DNA of 64,000 nucleotides from Trichinella spiralis (Eukaryota): NCBI RefSeq assembly GCF_000181795.1, contig NW_003526944.1, positions 5,591,861 to 5,655,860 of the forward strand, read 5' to 3'. Shown piece by piece: positions 51,513 to 64,000 of this stretch (position 1 is its first letter; each line of letters starts with the position of its first letter). The notes under the pieces were generated by a model. It saw only the letters and a program-made list of their open reading frames with translations, ran no database searches and was not told where the DNA came from. The position numbers and the translations under genes were made by a program.

Positions 51513-52589
51513 GGTCAGATTAAGAAACGAAGCTGAATTCCTAAAAAAAAATAAATTAATACAACGCTCAGCGAAAGAAACACGATCTTCACGAAGATTT
51601 CATCAAAAGCTTATATTTCACATAATTTACACAAAGCGCAAAACAACATAACCGACCAGGTATCAATAAGAATTGTAAACAATAAGAAAAATGACAACGT
51701 CAACAGTATACCAATGTGATAAATGTAGCTTACAACACCTGAATTATGTTTACTGTAATTTTACAGTATTTATCAATGTTTCTTAATAATAATTTTAAAG
51801 TAAAAATATCATAGAAAATAATTTAATTCTTTTAAAAATAAATAATATAGTTTAAAATATATAACACATAAGCAGTAAATAAATGCCACTATTAATGTTT
51901 CACATCCTTTTGGAATAATATTTTTGAAATTCAATCTCGAATTGAAATTTTGAATAAGCAGCTAATTAATGCAAATTTGATTTATAAATATAAATTTATA
52001 AAAAAATAATTTAGAATTTATGAGTATGTACTTTGTCATTTACAATTTAATTTTCAATTAAAAAGTGCATAAATTTAATTAAAATATGGAAGAAGAATTT
52101 AATAATGCTTTAAACTTAATCACATTTACATACTGTTATATAATCATATTTACACATAATAAACATTTTAATTTAATTTTTAGAGTAGAAAAACAGTATA
52201 CTATGAAATATTTGAATTCAACATTTACTAAAAATATGAAAATGAATTCAATTATGTGAAAATGATGCAGAAACTGTATTATTGGTAGAAATTGTAAAAT
52301 ACTTGCACTAGTAATTATATTCAAAAAAATTTTATATTTGCAAAATTTTAAGTAATTATATACAATAATTACATTATTGATAAAATAAAAGACAAAATAA
52401 GCAAAATCTGCACGTGTAAATATAAAATTTACATAAAAAGAGCAATTACAAGCATATTTACATAAAAAGTATAAAAATTTAGAATATATGAAATTCTTAA
52501 ACATGCATTTATCTTACTGTATAAACTTTCAGTATCACATTCCATTTTGCGTTAAATCTCTGGTTGTATACGTCAATTTGCTCTAATCA

Positions 52590-55500
52590 ATGTCTTCTTT
52601 GGAGGCTTTGAAAAGTGAGATTGATCGGCTTTCTCATGAATTGGATGAGGCATGCAATCAGAAAATTCAAGCGGCAAAGTACGGTCTGCAAGTGCTTGAG
52701 GAGAAACAAGCGCTCGAGACAAAGTACGAAGCACTCGAATCTTCTTACGAGGTCACCAAACAAGAATTAGACATCGTAAAAGAAGTAATTAACTTTTAAT
52801 AATTAATTTGAATTTGAATAATTGAATTTTAATAATTGATTTATTTGAAACATTTTGTTCTTTAAAAATTGTTTATAAATTTACTGTTGCTGAGTTAAGA
52901 TTATTATTTTTTCTCGTAAGAATAGGAATTTAACGCTTTATGAGAAAGTAATTATGTTGCGTGTTTCAGGCGCTCAGCCATTTCCAGCTGAAGCATCGAG
53001 AAGTGGAAAAACATGGAGTCCAACACGAAGAGAGTCTTTTACAAGAAACCGCAAATCGTGAATCTGAGTTGCTGAGTAAAATTACTGCGCTTGAACAAGA
53101 TCTTCGGCAAGCGGATCAAGTTCATTCATTTTCACTTTTAATGCATTCTGTTTCAAGTTTTTGTGCTGGGAAAGTTTTTCTTTTTAGGAAATTTCACGTA
53201 CGAAATCAGAATGGCAACAGTTGCAAGAAATGAACGATATTTTAAAGTCGGAAAAAGAAAATTTCGAGATATGCGCTCGAAATTTAAGAAAAGAAATGGA
53301 TGAATTGAAACACAGGGAACAGCGATTAATATGCGATTATTCTGAACTGGAAGAAGAAAATTTGAATTTGCAGAAACAGGTAAATTTTTTAAATGTGTAT
53401 TTTGTATTTCTTTTCTTTTGCTTTCAATTGTTGCTGTTGCGTAATCTTTGAAAACGGTTGGTTGTCTTGTTGGCGGTGTCGAACTTCTTTTTCTAATTTA
53501 AAGCTTTGTCCGGTGCAAAGGAGTTGATTAATTAATTTTTTTCATCTTTACACGAAATGTTGTTCAATTGATTCATTTATTCAGGGAAAGTTATGACGCG
53601 GTTTTGCTTTCATTTCTGCTCAGTGTCCATGCTTCTTGCCCTGCTTTCACAGAAACTTGTCATTTTCTTTGATGAACTATATATATATACTTGACAAATG
53701 TACTTGATCTTTGATTTTATGAATGTTAGATGAAAAGTTTGTTCATCCATTTTAAATACTGTGTTGTGTACTTATGTTGTATTTAAAATTTAATTTTTTC
53801 CCTTTTGAAATTGTTTTATTTGGCAATTTGATTGTAAAAAGAATACTTGAGTTATAAAATATATCCTATTTGAAAGGAATTTCATATTTTTGACATTACA
53901 TTTATTTATTTTTTTAGTTAGTGACAAATTTAGTTAAAATGCTTGTTCCTTTTTTTTAGTTTTAGTTGTTCACATGAACGGCAGAAATGTAATGTGGATT
54001 AAAATTGTCGAATAAGTTGATATGAAGTGAACTGAAGCGGGAAGTGTTCCTAGCTTTGCTGAGAGATTATTTTTTGATGAATACGTTTGCAATTTTTTAT
54101 CAGTTGTGTTGACGTCAAATTAGGTTGTGAAATTTTTTTTCTTTCTAATAAGTTTCAACTTCCAATTAATTATTCGATAACCCAGTTATATCTGATGTAC
54201 TTTATACAAATGTAAATGTGAACCTTATGAAAAATTGTTGTTATTGAATATAATTTAAAATTAAAAAAAGTTTTGCAATGAAGATTATATATTTTTTTTT
54301 CTTAATAAAAATAATTTAATTTTATTGAATTCGATTTTTGTAAAAAAATTTTTTCAGTAAGTAAATTAAGTAAGTAAAGTTTTCTTCAGTATTTTCTTCT
54401 TTTGTGTTCAATTTGCAGATGAAGATTTATTTATTTTTTGAATTACGAATTACAGTATGCAGTCATTTTTGATATGAATTCATAGGTTCATTGTTGTATG
54501 TAAATTTTTGAGAATGTAATAATTAAAATTTTTTTTACATTTCTTATTGTAATGTCTTGTATCGGTAGAAGGACACATAATGAGCGCTAACTATACTTTT
54601 ATTTGAGCAAAAACAATACACACTAGAAACTGAGGCACGCGCACACACACACACGCATGCTCACTGACTGACTCACCCCCGATTTTACCATATTCCCAGT
54701 GTCTTTGAACATGATTATCTGATACATTACACCAATATTGATGCTTTTTTACTGTTTTTAAATTAGTTGGATTCTACGAAACGAGTTCAAATTGATTTTG
54801 ATTCGATGAAATTTGAATTGGAAAAACTGTACGAAGAGATGCAAGTGTTGCGCTTTCAAAGTGACGAAGCTTCAGAATTGAAAGAGATCGCCGAACGTCA
54901 AGTTGAAGAGGCGCTACGTTCGTTGCAGCAAGAACGTGAACAAAGGTTGGCTTTGAAAAAAGAAGTTGACCAGTTGAAAAATGCCGAATTGTTCAATTCG
55001 AATATGAGCAATTTGGCGCAAAGCGTTTTTGGTATGCAAATTCTCGTGGACGACAAAGTGTCCAGTCCGGCTATGTTCAAGCAGTTGCAAGCGTCAATGG
55101 AAGAAGACGGTGAAAGCGATCATTACCAACCGATGGATTTGTTCAGTGAAATGCATGGCGCGCAAGTGAAAAAACTCGAATTGGAACTCAGTTCAGCTAA
55201 TCGACAAAGAGAAGAAATGCAAAAACAGCTTGATGTATGCATGCGTCAGCTAAATTGTATTCTGTTTGAAGTTTGTTTTTTAGATTAATTAATTTTTTTT
55301 GTGTTTGTTTTTGTTTCAGGAAGCGAATCGATTGGTGGATCAAATCGTGGATGTCGTGAATAGCAGTGTAGCGGACGTGATGTGCCTCATTTGTGACAAT
55401 GCTCCGGAAAGCTTCAAAGGTTTATTCAAAGATGACAATAGCCTTATTTTGACAATGCAGCAACGATTTCTTGACATTGTCAGTCGACTGAAAACATTAG

Positions 55501-56868
55501 TAGAAAATGGCAAATTGCTAGCTAGTGATGCAGTCGTGGATCAGCAGACCACCGAACGGATCCAGACCATGGAAGATGACTTGCGTTCATTGCTCGCTCA
55601 CGCTGCACAGTCCAAGGCTTGTTTGATGCAAGCGCAGAACGAAATGTGCAGCGTCAGTGAGACGTTGTCGCAATTTTATCAAGATGTTTGTAGTCGATCT
55701 GGTAAAATTATTTTTCGACGATGATACAATTTTGGAATTTTATTAATTGACTTATTATAGGTTTGACTCCAGATCCGGTTATGCTTGAACACACGAAAAG
55801 TTCAGATTTGTATAAAAGTAATAATAGCAGTTTTGAAATTAGTTATGATGCAGAGTGTAGTAGCGTGGACGAGTCGATCAGTTTATCCGGTGGTTGTTTG
55901 GCGATAGCCGATGGGCGTGGTAAAGTTGAAAATTTGGAAGCCCGCGTTGTTTCCACATCGGAAAAAAACCAACTGGTCGAATCTATAGTTGGTGGTTTGA
56001 AATCAGATTTTCGTAAACTGTTGGCTGGGTTGGATGTAGAAATTGAACAACAAGCGCCGCTATTTCAGGTAGAAAAGATTTCCAACTTGTGTCAGTTGAT
56101 TCTTTGCTTATGTTAATTCAGGTAATTGACACGGTTCGAGATCAAGTGACTTCGTTGAGCAGAACGGTAGACAGTGCGTTGAAGGGATGCTCTTCGAGTG
56201 GGGTGGTGGAAAAGGCGACGAAATCGGTGCCCACGACCGCGCAGAGAAGTTCTGAAGAATTAGTTCAGCAGAATGTGCAGCTCAGGTCGATGCTTTCGAC
56301 CAAACGGGAACAGATCGCCACTCTGAGAGCTTTGCTCAAATCGAACAAGCAAGTGGCCGAAACCGCCTTGGGCCAGCTGAGGGTACGTTACCAAAATGAG
56401 AAACGTACCGTAACTGAGACGATGGGAAAGTTGCGTCAAGAGTTGAAATCGTTGAAAGAAGACGCCGCCACCTTTGCCAGCGTACGGGCAATGTTCACTG
56501 CCCGTTGCTGCGAGTACCAAGCCGAAGTTGAGGATTACCAGCGGCAATTGTCGGCCGCCGAAGAGGAGAAAAAGACCCTGAACAGTTTGCTCAGAATGGC
56601 CATACAGCAGAAGTTGGCTTTGACCCAACGGCTCGAAGAATTGGAGATGGACCGTGAGAGGAGTAACATGCGTCGACCGATTGGGTCCAAAGCTCAGCAA
56701 GGCGTCGGTAGAGTTTCCCAACAACCGTCATCGTCCACGGCTTCTGCCGTTTCCTCCAACGGCCCGCGCGATTCCAAATCCCAAAATTCCTTACCCCCTT
56801 CTTCTTCTGCATCTTCGGCTGGTTCCGCATTTCGTCAGCTTGGTGTTCGACATCGGCGCAACGCGTGA
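52590..56868 (+). CDS. bicd-1: Bicaudal-D dynein adaptor, 7 exons
   Basis: Exons 52590-52784, 52970-53119, 53188-53379, 54767-55270, 55320-55701, 55762-56068 and 56122-56868. Motifs KIQAAKYGLQVLEEK (CC1 box), DYSELEEENLNLQKQ, DLFSE, LSTKREQIATLRALLKSNKQVAETAL, LKEDAATFASVRAMF, EKKTLNSLLRMAIQQKLALTQRLEELE. Confidence 0.96.
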
Positions 56869-57575
56869 TTTTTTCCTCCATTTTATTTTTTTAAAATTTC
56901 ACTTCATCAATTTTCCCGTAATATATTAATTTTCTTCCCCATTCACTGATTTCCATTTGTTTCTCACATTTTAGTTTCCAAATCTCAAATCACACCGACC
57001 GATCAACAATTGCTGTTGCATTGGATATTATTCTGTGCAATATTTCGTACGTCAGTTTCTTTCTTGGTTTTTTTTGTTTTAATTATTTTTCAAAGTTTTT
57101 TTTACTCGTACTCACTCAATGCGGAGTGATTCAAAACTCAAATTTCAGCTTATTCTCTGATGCGGTTTAGTTGGCTACTTATTTGCTCGATTTATTCGTT
57201 TTCATGCCGCTTGAACGTTGCTGCTTTTTATTTTTTCTTTATGCGGTGGTGCCTTTTTCCATTTTTCTGGAAATATTAAAACTGTGATACTTTTACGTTG
57301 TTTGTTTATTTGTTTTTAACTTTTTCGAAATTGATGTTGTGATTTTGCATTATTTTTATACTGGAAAAGTTAATTTCGCTCAGTTGCTGAAGGCATATCT
57401 GTACATATGTATATTTGGCCCGATTAAAATGGCATGATTTCACAAGTGATATAGATGTTTGTTTTGTGACCATTTGTCGTCGATCGATATTGCCGACTGC
57501 ATTTCTGGTGTGTGATGAAATTTATATTTTTTTTGAGGTTGATTTTTTATACAAAAGGAAAAAGCAAGCAATCAG

Positions 57576-59971
57576 ATGATGTCAACAGGATCAGCTGTAG
57601 CGACGAAACAATTCTGGGAAAATGTTTATCAGGTGGAGATGGAAAATTTTGTCGACAGTGGTCATGTCGGAGAAGTGTGGTAAATATAAGTGGTGTTATT
57701 TTTTCTTTATTTTGTGATATTTTTAACATACAGTTGATGAACATGTGTTTTGTTAAACACCAATTTTTTTTAATATTTTTTTTTGTTTCTCCTCGCTGAT
57801 TTTTACAATTCCATACCGATCGATTTCTTAAATTATAATCTCGGACAGATTTTGGACCATCTGACTGAATTCGCATAATGTCAGTAATCATTTGATCTTG
57901 CTGTGAAGTTGGAAAAATCGTTCAATTCTGTCCTTTTTCCTTGATCAGAGCACGGAGCTTTTCTTCAAACACAGCCTTTCTATTTATCAGAACTTTAACA
58001 AATTGGGAAGTGGGTTGCCTTTTCCTTTCTGATGATACATAAAATCATGCTCCAACGATTTGTAGCTGAACTTGTTGCTACTAGGTTTGATGTGGACTTC
58101 CGGGTTTGATGTCAGAAAAATGGATAATATGTCTGCAAAATCTGAAATGTGGCGCCAACACTTTTAATTTATCCACAAATGGCGCCAAAGCTTACGCTAA
58201 AGACTGCGATGTCGAATGTCTGTTGAAATAAAAAAATTTTAATCGTGTCCTTCGATTTGGCGTCGTTCAATTTTTTATGCTGGCATCATCAAATGAATGG
58301 TTTATATGGAATTTTATCAAAAGCGTCTATTTCTATTTCTATTTGTAACGATTGAAGAAAACTGTTCTAAGAAGTGTCAACTACCAGTGATAGCTGCTTG
58401 GCGACTTCCTTGTGAACTTCATGATGCTGACAGATCAGCGATGACAAATTTGGCATTTAGAAGGGATATTGCAGCTCATCTCCTGCGAGCAACACCGCTA
58501 CAGATCTTAAGGCCTAGACGTAATGATATTTGCACGTAGCCATTTGCCAAACAGTTTGCGAAGCTCAAGTGGACATTTCCTGCAGTAAAGTACGCAGGGT
58601 CATTGCGCAGTTTGCAAAAAAAACTGCAGAAATCAGTCAGTTCAGTGTGACAAACGGTTTCACCAGATAGATTTCCCAATATATCATCAGCAGCTCAATA
58701 TCATGATAGTATTGTGTAACTGTTGCTGCCAATATGTTTACTATTCAACAGTGATGAATTGTAGAAATAAACACCGTATACTGTTTTCATGAAGACACTG
58801 CAGTGTACAATATTCCCAAATGGGTACACGATAAAAAACAACTTTGAAATTATTTTTTCATAATGATTTTTCATTTATATCTTAACTAACTCTCAAGGAC
58901 TGTATCTGCAAAATTAAGTATTCACTTCAACTGGATCGCAATTCAGTCACTAAAGGGTTAATAAAAGCATTTCAACATACAGCATGACTTGTAAGCCATA
59001 TTCTTTCAATATTAGGCAAATGCTTATTGCCTATTATCAATAATATGCAGTGTTTTTTGCCTGTTATCAATAATAGACAATTTTTAACATTAGGCGTAAC
59101 ATATATATATATATGAAATGCGCTATTGTTTGAAATTTTTTGAAAATAGCATTTATTAATTTCAATTATATTTTGATCAGGTTTGGGAAGGCTTGCGAAT
59201 TAAGAATGGTCAAGTGGTTAGAAGAGCGTGAAAATATTATTCCAAAACATAGTTCTATTCTAGACCTTGGATGTGGTAATGCGTCACTACTTTTGAATTT
59301 AGTATGGAAGAGATGAAAAAAGAATTTTCTTTTCTTTTTTTTTCTTTATTAATTTTAGGCAAAGCGGGGTTATAGCAATTTGACTGGTATTGATTATTCG
59401 GATAGCGCAATTCAACTTGCGCAAGCGAAAGCAAACCGAGAAAAGTTGAACCAAATACATTTTCAGGTATGTTTCATTGAATTTTTAAAATTATTATTTA
59501 TTTTTCTATTTAAAAACTTTCATCTAATTAATTTTCCTTCAGAATTTGGATTTGATGATTAATAGTGAAAATTTGCATAATAAGTTTGACGTTATTCTTG
59601 ACAAAGGCACGTTCGATGTGATCAGTTTACGCGAGGATGCGGAAAAAGCTGTACCGGTTTATATTTCAAATGTGACTCGTTATTATTGCCGAAAAAGCAA
59701 TTTGCCGAGATTATTTTTCATCGCTTCTTGTAACAATACACGAACGGAACTGATTAATTATTTTGAAACGAGTATTTTATTATTTTTTTCAAATTTACAT
59801 CATTTGTAATCTGATCATATATGACCATATGAATAAAATGTATTGGTTTTAGACTTCGAAATCATGGACGAAGAACATTTCTCAACAATCAACTTTGGAG
59901 GCAAAACTGGCACTACGTTGACATGCGTAATATTTTCATTGAAAAGTAGTGCGTATAATACACACATATAA
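57576..59971 (+). CDS. EEF1AKMT2: EEF1A lysine methyltransferase 2 (METTL10/Efm4), 5 exons
   Basis: Exons 57576-57679, 59181-59301, 59359-59466, 59543-59771 and 59853-59971 give MMSTGSAVATKQFWENVYQVEMENFVDSGHVGEVWFG..ILDLGCGNA..LTGIDYSDSAI..DKGTFDVISL..IASCNNTRTEL..FSTINFGGKTG. Confidence 0.93.
57785..57985 (-). mobile_element. Possible Ginger/KRBA2-like integrase N-terminal remnant in EEF1AKMT2 intron 1
   Basis: The minus strand reads NRKAVFEEKLRALIKEKGQN*TIFPTSQQDQMITDIMRIQSDGPKSVRDYNLRNR/YGIVKISEE. From memory this resembles the N-termini of invertebrate KRBA2-like integrases. It has a stop and a frameshift, and no catalytic core is seen. Confidence 0.4.
58387..58961 (+). mobile_element. 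5'-truncated piggyBac (PGBD-like) element in EEF1AKMT2 intron 1
   Basis: Contains VIAAWRLPCELH..MTNLAFRRDIAAHLL and a decayed Cys-rich tail (GHFL..QGHCAVCKKNCRNQ.VQCDKRFHQ..F..YH). It ends with ..CAGTCACTAAAGGG (58957) followed by TTAA (58958-58961), the canonical piggyBac terminus and target site. No left TIR was found. Confidence 0.85.
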
Positions 59972-60307
59972 TGTGTGAATAGCAGTTGTTTGTGCTAAGT
60001 TTTTTACATTCATCACAAGTTGGTTAGTTCAAATGGAATTATTTTATCGAATTTATCGAATAACTGACTTTATTATCTTGCATGCGTTTATTAAAATGCA
60101 ACAGAAAAAGAATGAAATTGAAATATATGTTTTTTTCACAAATTTCTTTACAGTTGAATTTTACAATTTAACTAGAATCAGCATTTCATTTCAAGAAAAT
60201 CTAAGAAAATACAGGCTCTTTGTAAAACACTGGGGTGTTATTATTATTTTTGTTTATTGGAAATTTTTTGCATTGAAAATATTGCTTCTTTTTTATTTGC
60301 ATGCTGC

Positions 60308-61762
60308 TCATGGTCTGCCATGTTTTGGCCGCCTCTTGTGTGCATCTTCGAAAGTTTCTTGTGTATCCATTTTGGAGATATTTATTTCAGATGCCATTAT
60401 TGTTTCTTGCTTTTTGAAACTGTTCAGACTTGATTTGGGACATAACTCGAATATCTGAAATGCAATATGAACGAGAATTGTGTAATTTGTTCAATTGTAC
60501 TCGTGTTTTCTTGAAACTGTGCATTTTCAGATGATACAGACATCCATACCGGACAGAAGTTGTCTTCGGATAGGAAGAAAATCAAATCTTCAAGCAACTT
60601 CTTCAAATCACCGTTGAAGAATTCTTTACACTGAAAATTTGTAGGATTTTTTTGCTTTTTATCTTTTTCGTCAACTGTGAGGGGTAAATTTGTGTAAAAA
60701 GAAAAGATTTTCATACCTGGACTTGGGCACTTGGTGGTAATTTTTCACACAATCTTTGACCAAAATCTAGCAATTTTTTTTTCAAATCCATTGATTCCAT
60801 TTTTTGCGCTAAAAAGCCGAATACAGTGTGACAAACGGCACATTCTAATTCTGCGAAATCGTTCGTGCCGGACGGAGCTAAATTTTTAACTGAAAAGCAA
60901 AAGAAGACAGAAAAGTAGACGATGAAAATGGAAATTTTGGAATTTGAATTTTACCATCCGCACAGTGGTCAGTTGTTTTGCATATGTATTCGCCGAGTGT
61001 CATTTTCAGTGTTTCTTTGAACAAAATGGAGAAATGATTTCCAATCAGTTGAGTGCAAATTTGCGCTTGTCTTTTCGACAAAGATTCGGACTTGCAAGCA
61101 CGTTCAAAATAGCTGTGGAATTTATCTTCTTTATTGAAAATTTCCTTTTCTACCATTCTTGCCCAAAGTTTGCATATGGTGCAGTCGAGACTGTTGTCTG
61201 GTTCCTTGGTATTTTTTTTTCAATTCATTGATTTAAGTTACATTTGACTTCATTTCATTATCAATTTTTAAAAAATTCAATCGCATCAACTTACTTGGAA
61301 AGCAACTCGACAATCTTTTCCCAAAATATTTTCACAACTTTCAGGAATTTCACCATTGGATTTTGCGCTGGTGAAAATTCTGAGGAACGCGTTGGTATTT
61401 ACAGCGCAAGAGTAACGATGGCGAGGCAAAGCATCGCATCGACTGATCAGTTCCGCTTCAGCTTTTCTCTACAAATATTATTATTATTATTATTATTAAA
61501 TTTACTGTTGTTGTTGAGAAAAAAGATGATAATATTTCGATGGCAACATGCAAAAACATACCATCGATTGATCGCTTCCATCCATTTGACTTGCCATTTT
61601 TTTCACTAATCGACAATAATAACATTGTTCTTTGACTGTGGGCTGTCTTTGGGCTGCTGTGAGAGCGACTGTTGCTGAAAGTGGAATAAAAAGATATGCA
61701 AATAAAATTTGGAACCCTTCTCAATTCATACCCAGAACAACAATAGCAAGCGACGTTTGCAT
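60308..61762 (-). CDS. Secreted saposin-like protein with three SapB domains (318 aa, 7 coding exons); only fragments appear in the ORF track
   Basis: Exons 61762-61732, 61674-61562, 61468-61295, 61204-60955, 60877-60717, 60630-60550 and 60454-60308 total 957 nt with consistent phases. Signal MQTSLAIVVLATVALTAA. Three six-Cys modules: CYYC..CDAL..SC..CENILGKDC; CTIC..ACKS..IC..ICKTTDHC; CAVC..LCEKLP..QC..FCPIFELC. AATAAA lies just after the stop. Confidence 0.85.
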
Positions 61763-64000
61763 AACTGTTGCAGTAACGCTTGCTGGAAAATTTGAAAAGC
61801 CAAGTTGCTTTTCTCTGACTTTTTAAAGGCAACTTATTTGCGCTAGGCTTTCTTCAACTTTGCCCCACATTTGTCGTCATCTATTCAACGATAAGAATTC
61901 AATTTGAACTTTGAAAAGCAGCTTAGGCGCGGTGTCACGCACCAATAAATTATAATAAATCGCTTCATTTACCATCATGGGCAAACAGTTCAAAGTCGAT
62001 CCCGTTCAACTAACTGTCTGCTTTCATATCTGTCTTGTCATTCATTCCATTTCAATAAAATTTTATCAACGACAATTTTATTTTTTTTCAACTTCTCTTT
62101 TTCTCATGCTAATAGGCATAAATTCAGAGCAAAACATATTTACTATTTACATTAAATTTTTTAAATGTAATTTTAATTCAATTTTGTTCCTTTTTATGAG
62201 AAATGTTTCAGGTTTTGTTTTGGAATTCCTTAAAACGTGGAAAGGCAATTCAGTTTTCTAAGATATGATTATTATACATATGCAATGAGTATGAAAATGA
62301 TGTCAAAAATGTTGGACTAATTGAATTTTTTTTCTTTCTATTTTTTTAAATACAGATATTATTTGCAGTAATTCATTTTAATAGAGTTTAATTTATTTTG
62401 TATTTTTACATCAAATTTCTGAAGTATACGAAGGTAATGCCGTTGTTGTTTTCTTTTCATTGTTCTAAAATGAAAATTATTATAAAGCATTGTCAACGGT
62501 CATACAAAAGCAATTTCTATGTTTATTTACTTTTTCAACGACAAAATCATCTTTAGATAAAGTGGTCAAATATTATGCGATGACAATACAGATACCTCTT
62601 CTCTTGAAACGTATTATTTTCTCAGTTTTTTTCCAAAATTCTCATCATCATAGATATATCCATTTATTCTGTATTCGTTTCATGCGCATAAAATTTACAA
62701 AGGAACAAATTGTAGTCAATTTAAAATTATAAAATAGACATATGCCTTCTAATTACCCTTATACATGGTAATTGCTGCTTGTTGCACATTCAAGTGGCAA
62801 AATAACAATTTTTATTAGGCCATTTCTAAAATATTTAAAAATTTAGTATTGCAATTTTTTATTTCACTACAAGTGAGATTGGAGAAATAAAAGTAATATC
62901 ATTTGTTTCATTATTATTGATTGGATCAGTTTTACATTATCAAATTAATATTATTTTGATCATGTTTTTTCAGTTTTTTTCCCAATTATTATTACTTTTA
63001 TTTACAATAGTATTAGGAAATACATGATATTTTATATTTTCAAATAGTAAAAGCAACTATTTTGTAAAACAATTTAAATACATGCTTGTCTTTTCGTTGT
63101 TCCTGGTGTGTCGAATGCTTATTAATTGTGTATTGTTTATTTGTGATCAATCGGCTCACGTGCGCACACACGTGTGCTCATTTGGAGAGAGCTTTTAGTG
63201 AAAGTTTGCACAATTTTGTTTAATTTAAATAAATAAAAAAATAAACATGTATAGATGTAGAGCATTGCTTGGGATAGAGAGATGTTTGAAAATTTGCGCT
63301 TGTCTCTGCAGTTTAGCTTCTTTTGCAGACACGTAGAAACTAAAAATTAAAAAATTTAAAGAAAAAGGTTCAAAAGAAAAGGATTTTTATAAGAAATCCG
63401 CTTTTTTACCGGACAGAATTGTTCCGCTGTTAAAAATTGCAGCATCTCGTGCAGACGAGGCTCAACGAATTCTTTCACAAATGAGGAACACTAAAATGAT
63501 TATTGTTTACATTAAAGAAAGCATCATTCATTTTCATATAGGAGTGTTTCATATGTACTTTAATTGCATTCGAACATGAGCGAAAATTTATTCCATTTTT
63601 GAAAGTTTTTTTGAATTAATAATTATAATAATACCAGCGTGGTAAATAAATAAATAAGATAATGATTGCAGTGAAAATTTTTGTTTTAAGTAAATATGAA
63701 TTGTTTGCTGAATGCAATTTTTTCTGTTTCGTTAAGTAAAAAATAAAGCATGCACGTTTCAATCACCTACTTTAGTTTGAACCTCCTTTGGAAGCCCAGA
63801 GCATAGCTTTTCCCAAATTTTTAAATATAGCATTTCGAATTGATTTTCCGTTAAAACTTTCTCCATATAGTTGAGTACAGTTTGACACAGTGTGCATTCT
63901 GAATTATTGTTCAGCGGAGTTGGAAAAGAAGATGAATGATAATCTTAAAGGAATAAATAAATTTTTACTGTTCATTGTTTGTTTGTATGTTTGTTTAAAT

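Noticed and set aside
52136..52504. 122-aa hydrophobic ORF in the squid-BicD spacer
   Set aside because: The F/I/Y/N/K-rich composition reflects extreme AT content; no splice signals or recognisable domain.
56260..56929. Antisense and alternative-frame ORFs over the last BicD exon (similar ones lie over tbc-2 and gon-1 exons)
   Set aside because: Shadow ORFs expected in GC-richer coding DNA; no independent motifs.
58150..58190. Two TGGCGCC motifs resembling a retroviral primer-binding site
   Set aside because: The match stops after 7 nt, and no LTR pair or gag/pol sequence is nearby.
1..64000. CRISPR arrays, prokaryotic operons or defence systems, tRNA/rRNA genes, U12-type introns
   Set aside because: The sequence is intron-rich eukaryotic DNA. 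I saw no regularly spaced repeat-spacer array, cloverleaf or rRNA-like segment, and none of the donors I inspected matched RTATCCTT. The scan was by eye and not exhaustive.

Overview
AT-rich eukaryotic draft genomic DNA with many short (about 50-90 nt) GT-AG introns. Gene content, intron style and transposon families point to a nematode, most likely Trichinella (inference, not proven). The first ~5 kb holds decayed DNA transposons (two Mutator/MULE fragments, a hAT 3' end), scattered Ns and two 10-N gaps. By manual splicing I find 11 protein-coding genes. Left to right: tbc-2/TBC1D2 (-), PUS1 (-), CCDC59/Fyv7-like (-, absent from the ORF track), LSm8 (+), a 21-kb gon-1/ADAMTS9-20 gene with 17 TSP1 repeats (-), a small orphan membrane-protein gene (+), V-ATPase Ac45/vha-19 (-), hnRNP A/B squid (-), Bicaudal-D (+), EEF1AKMT2/METTL10 (+) and a secreted three-saposin-domain protein (-). 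Introns carry a hAT-Charlie/Buster deletion derivative with TIRs and an 8-bp TSD, a piggyBac 3' end and a Ginger/KRBA2-like remnant. I found no rRNA, tRNA, CRISPR array or clearly new multi-gene system. The best unexplained signals are a ~150-nt double-hairpin structured RNA candidate between squid and vha-19, candidate poison/micro-exons in squid intron 2, the orphan gene, the tri-saposin gene and a microsatellite-encoded poly-Cys N-terminus on GON-1. Exon boundaries were derived by eye and need RNA confirmation.
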